A stretch of 62,820 nt of DNA, filler included, from Choristocarpus tenellus KU-1152 (Eukaryota > Protista > Phaeophyceae), in assembly GCA_964200185.2 (NCBI GenBank). It is 8 parts of 8 records of this genome, joined end to end, with 100 filler letters (N's around TTAATTAATTAA, not from the genome) between each part and the next. Parts side by side here need not be neighbours in the genome. Positions count along the whole stretch, not along the records: positions 56,285 to 62,820 come from CAXNAD020007911.1; 7 more parts are not named here. One strand, given 5' to 3'. Positions 60,929 through 62,820 of the stretch are shown here, piece after piece (position 1 is the first letter of the stretch; each line of letters starts with the position of its first letter). The notes under the pieces are model-generated. The model worked only from the letters and a program-made list of their open reading frames with translations, did not search any database and was not told where the DNA came from. A program made the position numbers and the translations under genes.

Positions 60929-61190
60929 GAGTGAAAGTATCTTAGAGGGTATGAGTTTTGCCCTATTTGTCCATTTGGGGCTTGGCTTCCTACAGGTTTT
61001 TTATGGCCTTTTACTTACTCCAATATGTTTCGGAGTCGGTAAAATGTGTACGTTATGAAGAGGGGTGTCTGGAACAAGGATATATTGACATCTCTTAATA
61101 CAAACATGTAACCAAAGTTTCATCAAAATTGCAAATTGGATTTTGGCCCCCCAAATGGATACGGCTCTACCCTCTAAGATACTTTGACTC
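60929..61190 (-). mobile_element. MITE family B copy, reverse, TSD AGAT
   Basis: TIRs intact; AGAT on both flanks. Confidence 0.95.
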
Positions 61191-61559
61191 AGATCAGAAG
61201 ATACAACTACCCAATCAATGAGATGGATTGTGCCTGTCTTGAGTGGGAGGTGCTGCTCATACCCCCCCATGTTCTGAGAAACACGTGAATCCTCATTTGG
61301 TGTGTACCTATTACGATGTTGTCCAGATCCACAATTCTTATCTCCCCTGTATTACTTCTACCTCACAATGAATCGCTGTACATATCCTTTCCTACCTCCT
61401 TTGCGACCTTGTCTTCTTCAAACTTTGAACCGATGTGTTTGTTCGTGCTTGTTCTATTCTCATGTACGAATAGTATCAATATCATCCTTCACGCTGAAGA
61501 GGGCTGCTGTGACCGGATGGAGCGACTGGAAGCTGAGGCTAAGGGAAGAGGCAGTGTCG

Positions 61560-61604
61560 GTGGCAGTGGCAGTGGCAGTGGCAGTGGCAGTGGTAGTAGT
61601 GGTA
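61560..61604. repeat. (GTGGCA)n microsatellite
   Basis: Seen directly. Confidence 0.9.
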
Positions 61605-62820
61605 ACAATGTTTGGGTTGAGAGCAAGCTACGTGCATGTAATGTGTAGATATTTATCTGTGCTCTGCCAATACTTGCAGGTGTTGAAGGACCTATGAGGC
61701 ACAGGATTGCTATTACAATGCCCCAAAAACGCCTGATGTCCAACTTCAAGCTCAAACACAGAGCAACAATGGAAGGCAATGCTTCACAAGTACATTGGTT
61801 CTGGAGCATGCATTTTCTTCCTCCGACTGAACGTTCCTTCCATCTTTTTCGCCATACCTTTAACCACAGCCTCAACTCACAATCTGCTTCTCTCCAAAAC
61901 AGAAGAGTTCCTTTCCTTTCCCTTCCATTTCCCCTCCCCTTTTTTGAACATTTCACCAGAAAAGCATTCAACATTTTACCATTTCATTGCCCTAAGTATC
62001 GTACAGTTTGGCCCGTATTCCTGTGAACAAAGGTTGGGAGAATACACAAATGAAATCCAAATATTCACTTCTCCTTCCTACCTGAAAACATCTCGCCAAA
62101 AGATTTCAAATATATCAACCACACGAAACGCCAAAACTCATTCTTTCGTTCGTTTTAATGCATCCACCATGACCCCTTTCATAACTGCTTACCACATCTC
62201 ATACCCCACACCTCGTCCTACTCTTATGTTCTCTTCAAACTGTTTATGTATTTACTAGGCTAAGCGCCCAGCCGTCCACTCTCCACTTGCTTTACAACCC
62301 CGCACAAAGAGACCAACCTTATCCCTGAAGAGTACATCCTGCCACAACGTTGCTGGCAATCGAATGGGCAGAGATATTGAGAGGAACACATGCACGGGCA
62401 AGGGAGGTGATGGGGGTGGGGACACTACTACATCCCGAACATGCTCAGCAAAGGAAGTGCTGGTAAAGAACCGTGATCGTTCCCTTGGCAAAAGAGGTAT
62501 GGCTCGATTGGGACCACCTACCAAGCAATCGCTTGTACGAAGACATAGGCAAGAGGTTGGGGGACGTAGTTGAAGTTGAGTGGAGAAGAGCCCAACATTT
62601 GGGTATGGAAGTTTGTCTGACTCACAAACGGACAAAGAATTGAGTGCCAGAACAAAACTCTGGGCAAGAAAGGGAGATAGACGTTGCAAGGATACAGACA
62701 TGCCGCAACCATTGGTTGGGCTGGGGTCAAGGATAGGTCAGAGAGAGGGAATATTGCAAGGGCATGATGTTCGATTAGACTCTTCCAACTCTATCGGACA
62801 GTTACGGTAAATTATTTATG

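Noticed and set aside
61316-62810. Overlapping 110-160 aa ORFs near the window end
   Set aside because: Partly driven by a hexamer microsatellite and low-complexity sequence. A minus-strand exon around 62255-62520 is possible but unsupported.

Overview
Eukaryotic, intron-rich, transposon-dense draft sequence. A stramenopile, probably a brown alga or close relative, is an inference only. The window is not contiguous: seven artificial 100-bp linkers (N44-TTAATTAATTAA-N44) join eight contigs. Supported spliced genes are a MARCH6/Doa10-type RINGv E3 ligase (5' part), the last exon of a thiamine-phosphate synthase (ThiE), a two-RRM hnRNP/Musashi-like protein head-to-head with a 7-exon coiled-coil gene, a FYVE-like tail-anchored Pro/Ala-rich protein, a small 4-TM protein and a 4-exon unknown gene. 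The main unexplained structure is about 30 copies (roughly 6 kb, about 10% of the window) of six related non-autonomous DNA transposon (MITE) families. They share a terminal motif and 4-bp target duplications (Sola2-like), and four of them have a near-constant length of about 250-270 bp. Also present are a hairpin-headed Helentron/HINE-like repeat in tandem and head-to-head arrays, a tRNA-derived SINE-like family, decayed mariner, copia and CRE-like elements, and a CpG gradient suggesting gene-body methylation. Family letters A-H are my own labels. All comparisons and counts were made by eye, with no database search.
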